Source: an uncultured Gammaproteobacteria bacterium
GTDB taxonomy: Bacteria; Patescibacteriota; Microgenomatia; Levybacterales; UBA12049
Length of the DNA: 64,000 nucleotides
Reading direction: 5' to 3'
Assembly: GCA_964637955.1 (NCBI GenBank)
Contig: CAZWXQ010000001.1
Location: forward strand, 292,849-356,848
Positions within the stretch are counted from its first letter, which is position 1. The number at the start of each line of letters is the position of its first letter. Of the stretch, positions 38,231 through 47,993 are shown piece after piece. The notes under the pieces were generated by a model, which was not told where the DNA came from, did not search any database, and saw only the letters and a list, made by a program, of their open reading frames with translations. Position numbers and translations under genes: made by a program.

Positions 38231-38635
38231 ATGAGTTTATTTTTAAAGCTTTATCTGATAGCACTTCCTACTTTCTTTGTGATTGATTTCATTTGGCTTG
38301 CTTTGATTGCGAGAAAATTTTACATAGATCAACTTGGTCAATTAATGAAAACTAATATTAATTGGACTGCGGCAATTATTTTTTACTTATTATTTATAGT
38401 TGGTCTCGTAATTTTCGCGATTGCACCTGCTTTTGAAAAAAAATCATTAGCTTCAGCTATTTTATTGGGAGGATTATTTGGTTTTTTCTCATATGCCACA
38501 TATGACCTTACTAATCTGGCAACGCTTAAGAATTGGCCTCTGACGGTTACAATTGTAGATTTAATCTGGGGAGTCGTATTGGCAGGATCTATATCTGGAA
38601 TAACATTTTTTATAGCATCTAAATTTGGGCTATGA
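38231..38635 (+). CDS. DUF2177 family membrane protein
   Basis: [33 protein letters not shown]. Confidence 0.9.
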   Translation: MSLFLKLYLIALPTFFVIDFIWLALIARKFYIDQLGQLMKTNINWTAAIIFYLLFIVGLVIFAIAPAFEKKSLASAILLGGLFGFFSYATYDLTNLATLKNWPLTVTIVDLIWGVVLAGSISGITFFIASKFGL

Positions 38636-39396
38636 ATTACTTTTTAGCTCTTGCCTCGATTTTATTTATTTATGTAAATATATGGTTTATTATTTCAATT
38701 TTCAAAAGAAGAAATGATGTGGCTGATGAAGCATGGGGACTTGGTTTCGTTTTACTTGCTTGGGTTTCTTTAGCTTTGTCTAGTTCGTTATCATTTCAAA
38801 ATATTTTAATTAATATTTTAGTAACCATTTGGGGATTAAGATTATTTTTGCACATTCATAAAAGACACAAAAATAAGGATGAAGATTCTCGGTATGCTGC
38901 TTGGAGAAAAAGCTGGAAAAATTTTTATTTAAGGAGTTATCTTCAGGTTTTTTTACTTCAAGGTCTATTTTTATACACAGTTTCTTTACCTGTATTAATT
39001 GTAAATAAAAATCCAATCGATGATTTAAACGTTTTTATTTTAATTGGTTTGATTGTTTGGTTTATAGGATTTTATTTCGAATTTACCGCTGATAAAGAAC
39101 TTAGAAATTTTTTAAAAGTTGAAGAAAATAAAGGAAAAATTATGGATAAAGGTTTGTGGAGGTATTCCAGGCACCCGAATTATTTTGGTGAAGTGACGCA
39201 GTGGTGGGGTATTTGGATAATTTCTCTTCCCTCGATTTATGGAATTTTTGGGATAATAGGACCAATTACTATTTCAGTTTTAATTTTATTTGTTTCTGGA
39301 ATTCCTCTTCTTGAAAAGAAATATAAAGGAAGAGCAGATTTTGAAGATTATAAAAGAAGAACTAGCGTATTTTTACCATTACCACCCAAAAAATAA
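38632..39396 (+). CDS. DUF1295 family (steroid 5-alpha-reductase-like) membrane protein
   Basis: [39 protein letters not shown]. Confidence 0.9.
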   Translation: MNYFLALASILFIYVNIWFIISIFKRRNDVADEAWGLGFVLLAWVSLALSSSLSFQNILINILVTIWGLRLFLHIHKRHKNKDEDSRYAAWRKSWKNFYLRSYLQVFLLQGLFLYTVSLPVLIVNKNPIDDLNVFILIGLIVWFIGFYFEFTADKELRNFLKVEENKGKIMDKGLWRYSRHPNYFGEVTQWWGIWIISLPSIYGIFGIIGPITISVLILFVSGIPLLEKKYKGRADFEDYKRRTSVFLPLPPKK

Positions 39397-39398
39397 AT

Positions 39399-40028
39399 AT
39401 GAAAAAAATTTTAATTTTAGGATCAACCGGAGATCTAGGAAAAGTTTTACTTGGTATTTGTTTGGAGAAAAATTACAGTGTAAATGTTTTAGTTAGAGAT
39501 AAGATTAAGGTTAGTTTATCAAATGAAAATTTGAAAATATTTGAGGGTCAAGTGACGAAAGGAGAAAATTTATCAGAAGCACTAAGCGGTGTAGACGTTG
39601 TAATTTCTGTTCTGGGACATGGATTTAGATCACCATATCCTATTCAGGAAAATGTAATGAAAATTTTAATTCCTCTAATGGAAAAACATAAAGTTAAAAG
39701 ACTCATTACTATAACAGGTGCAGGTCTAAAAACCTCAGAGGATCCTAACTCTTTAACTTTAGCTATTTCTGAAAGGATTTTAAACTTAGTTGATCCCTAT
39801 AGAATAAATGATGCAAGAGTACAGCAGGATTTAATTGAAAAAAGTAATTTAGACTGGACTATTGTTAGGACTCCAGTCCATGTAGATAAAGGGAATTTAA
39901 AAATTAAGCATGCAGGTTATAGGCAACCAAAACTTTGGCAAAGAATTTCTAGAATTGCCATTTCAAATTTTATGATTGAAGTTATTGAAGAGAATGAATG
40001 GATAAAAAAATCTCCAATCATTTTTTGA
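39399..40028 (+). CDS. NAD(P)H-binding oxidoreductase (flavin reductase/BVR-B-like)
   Basis: ILILGSTGDLG, DVVISVLG, LDWTIVR, ISR. Confidence 0.85.
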   Translation: MKKILILGSTGDLGKVLLGICLEKNYSVNVLVRDKIKVSLSNENLKIFEGQVTKGENLSEALSGVDVVISVLGHGFRSPYPIQENVMKILIPLMEKHKVKRLITITGAGLKTSEDPNSLTLAISERILNLVDPYRINDARVQQDLIEKSNLDWTIVRTPVHVDKGNLKIKHAGYRQPKLWQRISRIAISNFMIEVIEENEWIKKSPIIF

Positions 40029-40072
40029 TTTAAATCATTGATAAAATATTAAATTTAAAATATCCTTAATAT

Positions 40073-40849
40073 ATGTTAAGTAATTTAAAAGCAGTAAAAA
40101 TTTTATCATTATTTTTCTATCTAATAATGATAATTGTTAATTCAGCTGCAATAATTCTTCCAATTAATGGAATAACGACTTCGGAAATTTCGGACTCATA
40201 TCCTAATTTATTTACTCCAGCCGGTATAACTTTTTCAATTTGGAGTGTAATTTATCTTTTGCTTGGATTTTATGTTATTTATCAATTTCTAAATAAAAGT
40301 AAAGATGATGAGAAGACATTTTTGGAAATAAATAAATATCTTATAATTACTTCCATCATTAATTCTCTGTGGATATTTGCATGGCAATATAAAATTATTT
40401 GGTTAAGTTTACTTTTAATGATTGGTCTTCTCCTGTCATTAATTAAGATTTCAATTGTTATTGATTTTTCAAAAATTAAATATAAAACTAAATTAATTAC
40501 AAAGATTCCTTTCGGAATATATTTTGGTTGGATTACTATTGCGACAATAGCAAATGTTACAGTTTTTTTAGTAAGTATAGGATGGAATGGTTTTGGTATG
40601 CCCGATTATATTTGGATGATAATGGTTCTAGTCATAGGTTTAATTATTTCTTCGTTGACAACGTTAAGATTTAAAAATATTGCATATGGGTTAGTGCCTG
40701 TTTGGGCATATTTTGGAATATGGATTAAGCATACTTCTGTGAGTGGATTTAACAATAATTATCATCAAGTTATTGTTACCATTCTGTTATGTTTATTAAT
40801 TCTAATTGGAGTTAATTTATATCTTGTCTTTAAGAAAGAGGCTATTTAG
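40073..40849 (+). CDS. TspO-like tryptophan-rich membrane protein
   Basis: ISDSYPNLFTPAGITFSIWSVIY, NSLWIFAW, PFGIYFGWITIATIAN, VWAYFGI. Confidence 0.8.
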   Translation: MLSNLKAVKILSLFFYLIMIIVNSAAIILPINGITTSEISDSYPNLFTPAGITFSIWSVIYLLLGFYVIYQFLNKSKDDEKTFLEINKYLIITSIINSLWIFAWQYKIIWLSLLLMIGLLLSLIKISIVIDFSKIKYKTKLITKIPFGIYFGWITIATIANVTVFLVSIGWNGFGMPDYIWMIMVLVIGLIISSLTTLRFKNIAYGLVPVWAYFGIWIKHTSVSGFNNNYHQVIVTILLCLLILIGVNLYLVFKKEAI

Positions 40850-41035
40850 AAATCTACAATATAAGAATTTAATTCATCTATAGAATTAATTATTTAACTA
40901 TATCCAGAATTTTATTTTTAGATATATTTGATTTAATAATATATTTGTTCGCTCCAAATTTAATATCTTGCAATTCATAGAAAATTTATTCAGAATAAAT
41001 TTACAATTTAGCCTCAGAGTAGTATAATACCAGCC

Positions 41036-41581
41036 ATGGTTGATGGGACACGAAGACACAATATAAAAGATGCCCTTTTAAGTATAGGAGGATCAGCTGT
41101 TTTAGTAGGAGCTGTAGGTCTTGTTGCTGCACCTGCCTTTACTGGTGAAAGTGGCTATGATAGAGAAGCAAGAATTATTCGAGAGTTTGGATTATTGGGT
41201 GACGTTCAGCTATTTGACATAAGAAATATACCTTTAATGGATAATGCTCCAGGTGGATTTGTGATCTATGAAAAAGAAGTTGTGACTCCAGAGCCTTTTT
41301 CTCAGACAAAAGACGTTGAAATGCTTAGATTTGCATGGACATCAGAAGGTAAAGATGTGGATCCAATTATTTCTGAAATCCCATTAGATAAAGTTGATTT
41401 TATTCCTCTAGATAATGACTTAGTAGATCCATTTATTCATTTTCATTTTGATCCCCAAGCAAGAGACAGAAAAAATCCGAATGATTACTTAGCAAACCAG
41501 CTTACTTCTGCAGAATTTTATCTAGGACCGAAAGCAGCACGTGATTTTAGAGCAGATCAAGAAATTTACAAGGCTCAGTAG
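41036..41581 (+). CDS. Hypothetical protein with an N-terminal TM/signal
   Basis: 181-aa ORF with a hydrophobic segment at about aa 14-35; TATAAT 7 nt upstream. Confidence 0.65.
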   Translation: MVDGTRRHNIKDALLSIGGSAVLVGAVGLVAAPAFTGESGYDREARIIREFGLLGDVQLFDIRNIPLMDNAPGGFVIYEKEVVTPEPFSQTKDVEMLRFAWTSEGKDVDPIISEIPLDKVDFIPLDNDLVDPFIHFHFDPQARDRKNPNDYLANQLTSAEFYLGPKAARDFRADQEIYKAQ

Positions 41582-41685
41582 TTATTAATTTAAGCTTCGG
41601 TCTCTTCAATAATTATTCATTTTTATTCTTCCAAAGAGTTGATCAATGTCACATAAAATCATTAGTAATTGTATATAATAAAAGT

Positions 41686-42972
41686 ATGAATATTAAAAAA
41701 ATATTTGCCTCAGAAATACTTGATAGTCGTGGAAATCCAACTGTTCAAGCTATAGTTGAACTTGAAGATTCAAGTATTGGTGTTGCCTCGGTGCCTTCTG
41801 GAGCCTCGACAGGAATTCATGAAGCAGTAGAGCTTCGAGACAACGATGAAAATAGATATAGAGGATTTGGAGTTCTCAAAGCAGTAGAAAATGTGAATAA
41901 CGAAATTTCTTCAGCTTTGGTCGGAAAAAATGCAGAAGATCAACATGAAATTGATCGCTTAATGATCGGATTGGATGGAACTGAAAATAAAGAGAGGCTT
42001 GGAGCAAATGCCATTCTTTCAGTTTCACTTGCTGTTGCCAGAGCACAGGCAAATTCAGAAAAAAAAGAACTATTCGAATACTTGGTTCGCTTTAATCCAA
42101 ATTTTTCAGGAAGTTATCTTATGCCAATTCCTGAGATGAATATCCTTAACGGCGCAAAGCACGCCGGATGGAGTACGGATTTTCAGGAATATATGGTCTT
42201 TCCTGTAAAGGCAGATTCTATAAAAGATGCGATAAGAAAAAATGCAGAAATCTATATGCATTTAAAAGATTTGCTTAATGAAAAAGAATATTCAACTTTG
42301 GTTGGTGATGAGGGCGGATTTGCTCCAAGGGTATTATCGAATGAAGAGCCATTTGAGTTAATTTCTAAAGCAATTGAAAAAGCAGGATATAAATTGGTTG
42401 AAGAAATTTGTTTCGGAATAGACGTTGCATCATCAGAATTTTTTAAAGATGGAATTTATGAGTTAAAAAAAGAAAATAGAAAGGTAAATTCGGATGAATT
42501 GTCAGATTTTTATGACAGTCTTAAAAAGAAATATCCAATTATTTCTATCGAAGACCCTTTTTCTCAAGATGACTTTGATGCGTTTTCTAGATTTAGAGAA
42601 AAGTTTGGTGATTCGCTACAGATAGTGGGAGACGACTTGTTTGTTACAAATACAAAAAGACTTGAAATGGGAATTGAAAAAAAGAGTGCAAATGCAATTC
42701 TAATAAAATTGAATCAGATTGGTACATTAACTGAAACAATTGATGCTATTCTTTTGGCAAAGAAAAATAATTTATCAACAATTATTTCCCACAGGAGCGG
42801 TGAAACAGATGATACATTTATAGCAGATTTGTGCGTTTCCATGAATGCAGGGCAAATAAAAAGTGGCGCACCTACTAGGGGCGAGAGAGTAGCAAAATAT
42901 AACAGGCTTATGGAGATTGAAAATTTGTTAAAAGATAGAGCTTTACATGCAACTTTTCCGTTTAGTAATTAA
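41686..42972 (+). CDS. eno: Enolase
   Basis: EILDSRGNPTV, VPSGASTG.HEA.ELRD, GDEGGFAP, QIVGDDLFVTN, SHRSGET, R.AKYNRL. Confidence 0.99.
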   Translation: MNIKKIFASEILDSRGNPTVQAIVELEDSSIGVASVPSGASTGIHEAVELRDNDENRYRGFGVLKAVENVNNEISSALVGKNAEDQHEIDRLMIGLDGTENKERLGANAILSVSLAVARAQANSEKKELFEYLVRFNPNFSGSYLMPIPEMNILNGAKHAGWSTDFQEYMVFPVKADSIKDAIRKNAEIYMHLKDLLNEKEYSTLVGDEGGFAPRVLSNEEPFELISKAIEKAGYKLVEEICFGIDVASSEFFKDGIYELKKENRKVNSDELSDFYDSLKKKYPIISIEDPFSQDDFDAFSRFREKFGDSLQIVGDDLFVTNTKRLEMGIEKKSANAILIKLNQIGTLTETIDAILLAKKNNLSTIISHRSGETDDTFIADLCVSMNAGQIKSGAPTRGERVAKYNRLMEIENLLKDRALHATFPFSN

Positions 42973-42999
42973 TTGAAAGATTTTCTTTATGTCTTAATA

Positions 43000-45462
43000 T
43001 TATTTTCCTAGCTTTTCTTCAAGCTCTCTGAGAGCAATTGAGGTTTTGAGAACAGTATCCGGCTGAAGACTTACAGAATCAATTCCTTCAGTAACTAAAA
43101 ACTCTGCAAAATCTTCAAAGTCTGATGGTCCTTGTCCGCAAATTCCGACCGGGAGACCCTTTTCATGGGCTCCATGGATAAGCATTTTAATAAGTTTTTT
43201 AACTGATTCGCTTCTTTCATTTCCAATATGGGCGACTAGTTTTGAATCACGATCTAGTCCCAAGGTAAGCTGGGTTAAATCATTTGATCCAATTGAAAAT
43301 CCATCAAAAATTTCAGCAAATTCTTCAAGTTCAAGAATATTTGAAGGAATTTCAGCCATAACCCAGACTCTAAGTCTTTCATCAATTTCTTCTTTTCTTG
43401 CTACTTCGCGAGCGCCGTCCACTTTATGATGTTCGAGTCCATATTTTTTCATGGTCTCAATAACTTTTCTTCCTTCTTCGGGTGTTCTACAGAAAGGAAT
43501 TAAAATTTGAAGATTATACATGCCCATTTCTTCTCTAACTTTTTTTATAGCTTTACATTCAAGTGAAAATGCTTCTTCAAAATTTGGGTCATAATATCTA
43601 CTTGTTCCCCGCCATCCTATCATAGGATTTTCTTCTTCGGGTTCAAAATATTTCCCTCCAAGAAGTCCAGCGTATTCATTTGTTTTAAAATCGCTAAATC
43701 TTAAAAGTACTTCATGAGGATAAAATGCTGCTGCAATCATACTTATTCCATAGGCAAGCTTTTCTACATAATAATCTGTTTTATTTTCATAACCATGAGT
43801 CATCTCTTCGATCTGTTTTCTCACATCTTCGTCTTTAACTTGGTCAAAATGAATGAGAGCATTTGGATGAACTTTTATAAAGTTAGTGATTACAAACTCC
43901 TCGCGAAGAAGTCCAACTCCTTTATTTGGGATAAATGAATATTTAAACACGTAGTCTGGATCTGCAACGATCATTTTTATTTTGGTTTTGGGAGGAGTGA
44001 AATCTTTTAAGTCAGTTTTCTTAATATGAAACTTTAGTAGCCCTTCGTAAACTTTTCCTCTTTCTCCTTCAGAGCAGACTACCGTAATTTCTTTTCCGGT
44101 CTCAACTTCTTTTGTGGCGTTTCCTGTACCCACAACAGCGGGGATTCCCAGTTCTCGAGAGACAATTGCTGCATGAGAAGTTCTTCCACCTGAATTAGTA
44201 ACTATTGCGCTTGCCTTTTTCATAATTGGCTCCCAATCCGGATCAGTTATTTCTGCTACTAATACTTCGCCGTCCTGAAATTCATCAAGTTGCTTAGGTT
44301 CTTTTATAAACCTTGCTTTACCATGACCTATTTTTGCTCCTACTGACGCACCTTCCACGAGAACTTTTCCATGCTCTTCAAGAATATATTCTTCAATAGA
44401 ATTTGCATCCTCCCTTGCATGAACCGTTTCAGGTCTTGCTTGTACAATGTATAATTCTTCTCCGTCATATGCCCATTCTGTATCCATAGGTTTTTCATAA
44501 TGATCTTCGATAATCATTCCCCAACGAGCCAGTTTGAGAATCTGATCATCGGTGAGGACAAATCTTTTTCTATCGTTTTCATGCACAATTAGTTCTTTTG
44601 TAGGCTTATTGCCTTCATGTGAATAAACTAACTTTTTTTCTTTGCTCCCAAGCTTTTTATTTATTAATGCATTTTTATTAAGTTTTAATGTAGGTTTAAA
44701 AACCATAAATTCATCTGGGGTTACAATTCCCTTAACTATGTATTCACCAAGTCCCCATGACCCGTTTATAAGAACAACATCTCTAAATCCACTCTCAGTA
44801 TCAAGGGTAAACATTACCCCTGAGCATCCTTTGTCGCTTCTGACCATTTTTTGAACTGCACATGAAAGCGCTATTTTGAAATGATCAAAATGTTGGTCTT
44901 GTCTATATGAAATTGCACGATTAGTGAAAAGTGAAGCAAAAGCCATTTTAATTGACTCGAGTAAGTGATGATTTCCATGAACATTTAAGTAAGATTCTTG
45001 CTGTCCGGCGAAAGACGCATTGGGTAGGTCTTCAGCGGTAGCAGAGCTTCTAACTGCAACATCAAGCTCGGATACATCAGTATTTAATTTTTCAGCCAAC
45101 TTTTTGTAAGCATCTACAATTTCTGACTCAAGTTCTTCAGGAAATTTAGCCGACATTATGAGATCTCTTACTTTTCTCCCTGTGTTTTGTAAGTTATGAA
45201 TATTGTTTGTATCAAGATCTTTTAATAAGTCATGAATTTTTGTGGTTAGTTCGTTTTTTTCAAGAAAATATCTATAAGAATATGCTGTAACTGCAAACCC
45301 GAAGGGAACTTTTATTTTTTCATGAGGAAAAATTTTATTTTCAGCAGATACTAGATTTTGATACATTTCACCAAGATTTGCATTCTTTCCTCCTACGAGC
45401 GCAACATCATCTTTTCCTATCTCATCAAACCATAATATAAATTTCTCTTCTTTGGGCAGCAT
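43000..45462 (-). CDS. ppsA: Phosphoenolpyruvate synthase
   Basis: VGGKNANLGEM, AVRSSATAEDLP.ASFAGQQ, QARPETV, GGRTSHAAIVSRELG, FSIGSNDLTQ, GICGQGPSD. Confidence 0.98.
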   Translation of the reverse strand: MLPKEEKFILWFDEIGKDDVALVGGKNANLGEMYQNLVSAENKIFPHEKIKVPFGFAVTAYSYRYFLEKNELTTKIHDLLKDLDTNNIHNLQNTGRKVRDLIMSAKFPEELESEIVDAYKKLAEKLNTDVSELDVAVRSSATAEDLPNASFAGQQESYLNVHGNHHLLESIKMAFASLFTNRAISYRQDQHFDHFKIALSCAVQKMVRSDKGCSGVMFTLDTESGFRDVVLINGSWGLGEYIVKGIVTPDEFMVFKPTLKLNKNALINKKLGSKEKKLVYSHEGNKPTKELIVHENDRKRFVLTDDQILKLARWGMIIEDHYEKPMDTEWAYDGEELYIVQARPETVHAREDANSIEEYILEEHGKVLVEGASVGAKIGHGKARFIKEPKQLDEFQDGEVLVAEITDPDWEPIMKKASAIVTNSGGRTSHAAIVSRELGIPAVVGTGNATKEVETGKEITVVCSEGERGKVYEGLLKFHIKKTDLKDFTPPKTKIKMIVADPDYVFKYSFIPNKGVGLLREEFVITNFIKVHPNALIHFDQVKDEDVRKQIEEMTHGYENKTDYYVEKLAYGISMIAAAFYPHEVLLRFSDFKTNEYAGLLGGKYFEPEEENPMIGWRGTSRYYDPNFEEAFSLECKAIKKVREEMGMYNLQILIPFCRTPEEGRKVIETMKKYGLEHHKVDGAREVARKEEIDERLRVWVMAEIPSNILELEEFAEIFDGFSIGSNDLTQLTLGLDRDSKLVAHIGNERSESVKKLIKMLIHGAHEKGLPVGICGQGPSDFEDFAEFLVTEGIDSVSLQPDTVLKTSIALRELEEKLGK

Positions 45463-45606
45463 ACATTTAGCATAACAAGAAATTTTTTATCGATCAAGTG
45501 ATTTAAATCACAAAAGATATTTATATTTAGCCTTGTTTTGAGATTAATATTCCAAATTTAATTAAAAGTAAATAGAAGAATTTTTAAAAGATTTAAAAGC
45601 CTGAAT

Positions 45607-46062
45607 TTATCCTAAGTATTTTTTAGCTATATTTACTATCTCATCAGGTTCTATATTTGCTTTAATAACAAATTCTTCTGCGCCACCAAGCCTTTGGGTA
45701 TCGCGGATATTATCGCTATTTCCCGAATTTGAAAGCATAACTACTGGTATGTACTTAAAAGCTGCATAAGTAGGATTATGTTTAAGTTCTGAAAGCATAG
45801 TTTTTCCATCCATAACCGGCATTCTTATATCTAGGATTATTAGTCGGGGATTTTTCTCTACAGTTTTCTTAAGTCCATCCTCTCCATTAATAGCTATGAT
45901 CGTTTCATATCCAGCTTCATTTAAAATTTGCTGATAAGCAGTTGCTATATCAGATTCATCTTCTACGATTAAAACTATTTTTTTGGCCACTGGAGGAGTA
46001 TCTTGCGTTGGCGTTTGTGAAGGCTGGGATTGCCTTTGAAATAATTTGCCAATAATTATCAT
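45607..46062 (-). CDS. Single-domain response regulator (CheY-like)
   Basis: VLIVEDE, IILDIRMPVMDG, PVVMLSN, FVIKA; start uncertain. Confidence 0.88.
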   Translation of the reverse strand: MIIIGKLFQRQSQPSQTPTQDTPPVAKKIVLIVEDESDIATAYQQILNEAGYETIIAINGEDGLKKTVEKNPRLIILDIRMPVMDGKTMLSELKHNPTYAAFKYIPVVMLSNSGNSDNIRDTQRLGGAEEFVIKANIEPDEIVNIAKKYLG

Positions 46063-46183
46063 ATTTATGTCAAATCTATTTAATAGTATCCTACCTAGGA
46101 ATTTTAATTTCAAGTAAATGAAATATAAATATTAAATTAGCTGATTCTTGACAAAATATATGTTATTTGTCACATTTTAATTA

Positions 46184-47278
46184 ATGCCAAAATCTAAAAA
46201 AGTTAAAAATCTTTCTTACCTCAAAATTGCAATAATTGCATTTCTGCTCTTATTTCTTCCGCTTTCTGTCTATGGTGTTAAGAATAGGACAGTCACAGAT
46301 TCGCATGCAAGTCAAATCTCATCGCCTTTAAATTCATATTCATTATCATTTACTCCAATACAAAACTTCTATCCTACAAGATCTGACAGTAGTCAGTATG
46401 TTTATGCAGCGCTATGGAAAGATAGTGATGGGAATAATGTAAAGCAATTTTCTAATCTTAATGCACAGTGGAAATTTGATCCAAGTTATTATTCAATTAA
46501 AAATACACATACAGAATATCATGATAATTGTCCTATTGTTAGGGCTGGATCACGTCCTTGCATCGTATTTATAGTTGAAGTAATCCCACAAAAAGCCGGT
46601 AATACAAGTATGCAATTAAACTTGACAGATAATCAAGGCGGAGAGGTGTGGAATGCAGAGCCGGCAACAATAGTTGATAATAGTGTTAATGCGCCAACTC
46701 AAAATCCAAACAATACAGGTATATCTACTTATTCACTCTCATTTGAGTCTGATCCAATTAAAAAGTGGTGGCCGATTGCTTCAAATCAATATGAAGATAT
46801 AACTGCAGCATTATGGAAAGATAGTGATGGTGCAAATGTAAGTAAATTTACAAATCTCCAGACTGAATGGCAATTTGATCCTAAGTATATTTCTGTTGCA
46901 TGGACTTCTAGTAAATATTTTGACACTTGTCCGGTTCCTACTGCCGGTGGAAGACCATGCATTTACTTTTATGCTTCAGTTCAGCCACAAATGCCAGGAA
47001 ATACAAATGTTCAGCTAAAAGTTAAAGATGGGAGCGGAGAAGAAGCCTGGAATGCTTATCCGTTAATAATTGAAAATATAAGTGATAATCCAAATCCTAC
47101 CATTAATCCAACTTCGGTTCCTGTCCCTGAAGGAAGTAATTATAAAAATCTTGAACAGAAGGTTAATTTACTCGAGCAACAACTTCAAGAACAAAATGTT
47201 AAAATTGATAACACTCAAAATACTTTGGATAAAATTTTAAGCTTCTTAAAAAAAATTTTTAGATTCTCGCCTCAATAA
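46184..47278 (+). CDS. Secreted/membrane-anchored protein with two tandem ~115-aa repeats and a C-terminal coiled coil
   Basis: Signal/TM; YSLSF..AALWKDSDG.NV..F.NL...W.FDP.Y...CP...AG.RPCI.F...PQ..GNT..QL...G.E.WNA occurs twice. Confidence 0.75.
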   Translation: MPKSKKVKNLSYLKIAIIAFLLLFLPLSVYGVKNRTVTDSHASQISSPLNSYSLSFTPIQNFYPTRSDSSQYVYAALWKDSDGNNVKQFSNLNAQWKFDPSYYSIKNTHTEYHDNCPIVRAGSRPCIVFIVEVIPQKAGNTSMQLNLTDNQGGEVWNAEPATIVDNSVNAPTQNPNNTGISTYSLSFESDPIKKWWPIASNQYEDITAALWKDSDGANVSKFTNLQTEWQFDPKYISVAWTSSKYFDTCPVPTAGGRPCIYFYASVQPQMPGNTNVQLKVKDGSGEEAWNAYPLIIENISDNPNPTINPTSVPVPEGSNYKNLEQKVNLLEQQLQEQNVKIDNTQNTLDKILSFLKKIFRFSPQ

Positions 47279-47324
47279 TTATATTTATCGAAACATAAAG
47301 ATTTAAATATTATAGAATTGAATT

Positions 47325-47993
47325 GTGTTTTATTTATTTATCTTCATAAGTGAATTCTTAATTCTTCTTTTTCTTTCTAGAATACTAAGTAGATCGATTT
47401 CTGCAGCTATTTATAAAATTACAAATAATGCTTATGGTTCTCTGAGGATTTTTCATTTTATCTTTTTGCCAGGAGTTATAGTTCACGAGTTGGCGCATTT
47501 AATAAGCGCAGAAGTTATGTTTGTAAAAACCCATGGACTTAGTTTGACACCAGTTAGAAATGGTGATCAGCTCACTATGGGAAGTGTCCAAATTGAAAAG
47601 ACAGATCCTATAAGGCGTGCGATAATAGGATTTGCTCCGGTTTTGGTAGGAATTGTTTTAATTGGAGCCGCGACTTTTTATCTTCTTTCAGATAAATCAC
47701 CTTTTGGTGACATTATAAATTATTTCCTTATTTTCATAATAGTTTTCGAAATTGGAAATACTATGTTTTCAAGCAGGAGAGACATTGAAGGCACCGTGGA
47801 GCTTTTAATAGTTTCTGTTTTAGTCATTGGATTACTTTTTGTTTTAGGAATAAGTTTTCAGCCTGTAATTGATTTTATAAACTCATCAAGTGTTCAATCC
47901 ATTTTGCTAAACGGAATTAAACTCCTTTGGATTCCAATTGCTGCAGATATTGTTATTATTTTACTTACTAAGTTTCTTGTACTCAGAAAATAA
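47325..47993 (+). CDS. Membrane protein with an HExxH motif (M50-like peptidase)
   Basis: LPGVIVHELAH, IIGFAP, SSRRD; multiple TMs. Confidence 0.7.
   Translation: MFYLFIFISEFLILLFLSRILSRSISAAIYKITNNAYGSLRIFHFIFLPGVIVHELAHLISAEVMFVKTHGLSLTPVRNGDQLTMGSVQIEKTDPIRRAIIGFAPVLVGIVLIGAATFYLLSDKSPFGDIINYFLIFIIVFEIGNTMFSSRRDIEGTVELLIVSVLVIGLLFVLGISFQPVIDFINSSSVQSILLNGIKLLWIPIAADIVIILLTKFLVLRK

Noticed and set aside
40850-40990. Full third copy of the 36475/38033 element
   Set aside because: Only the terminal TTAGCCTCA-like block matches; the rest is low-complexity AT sequence.
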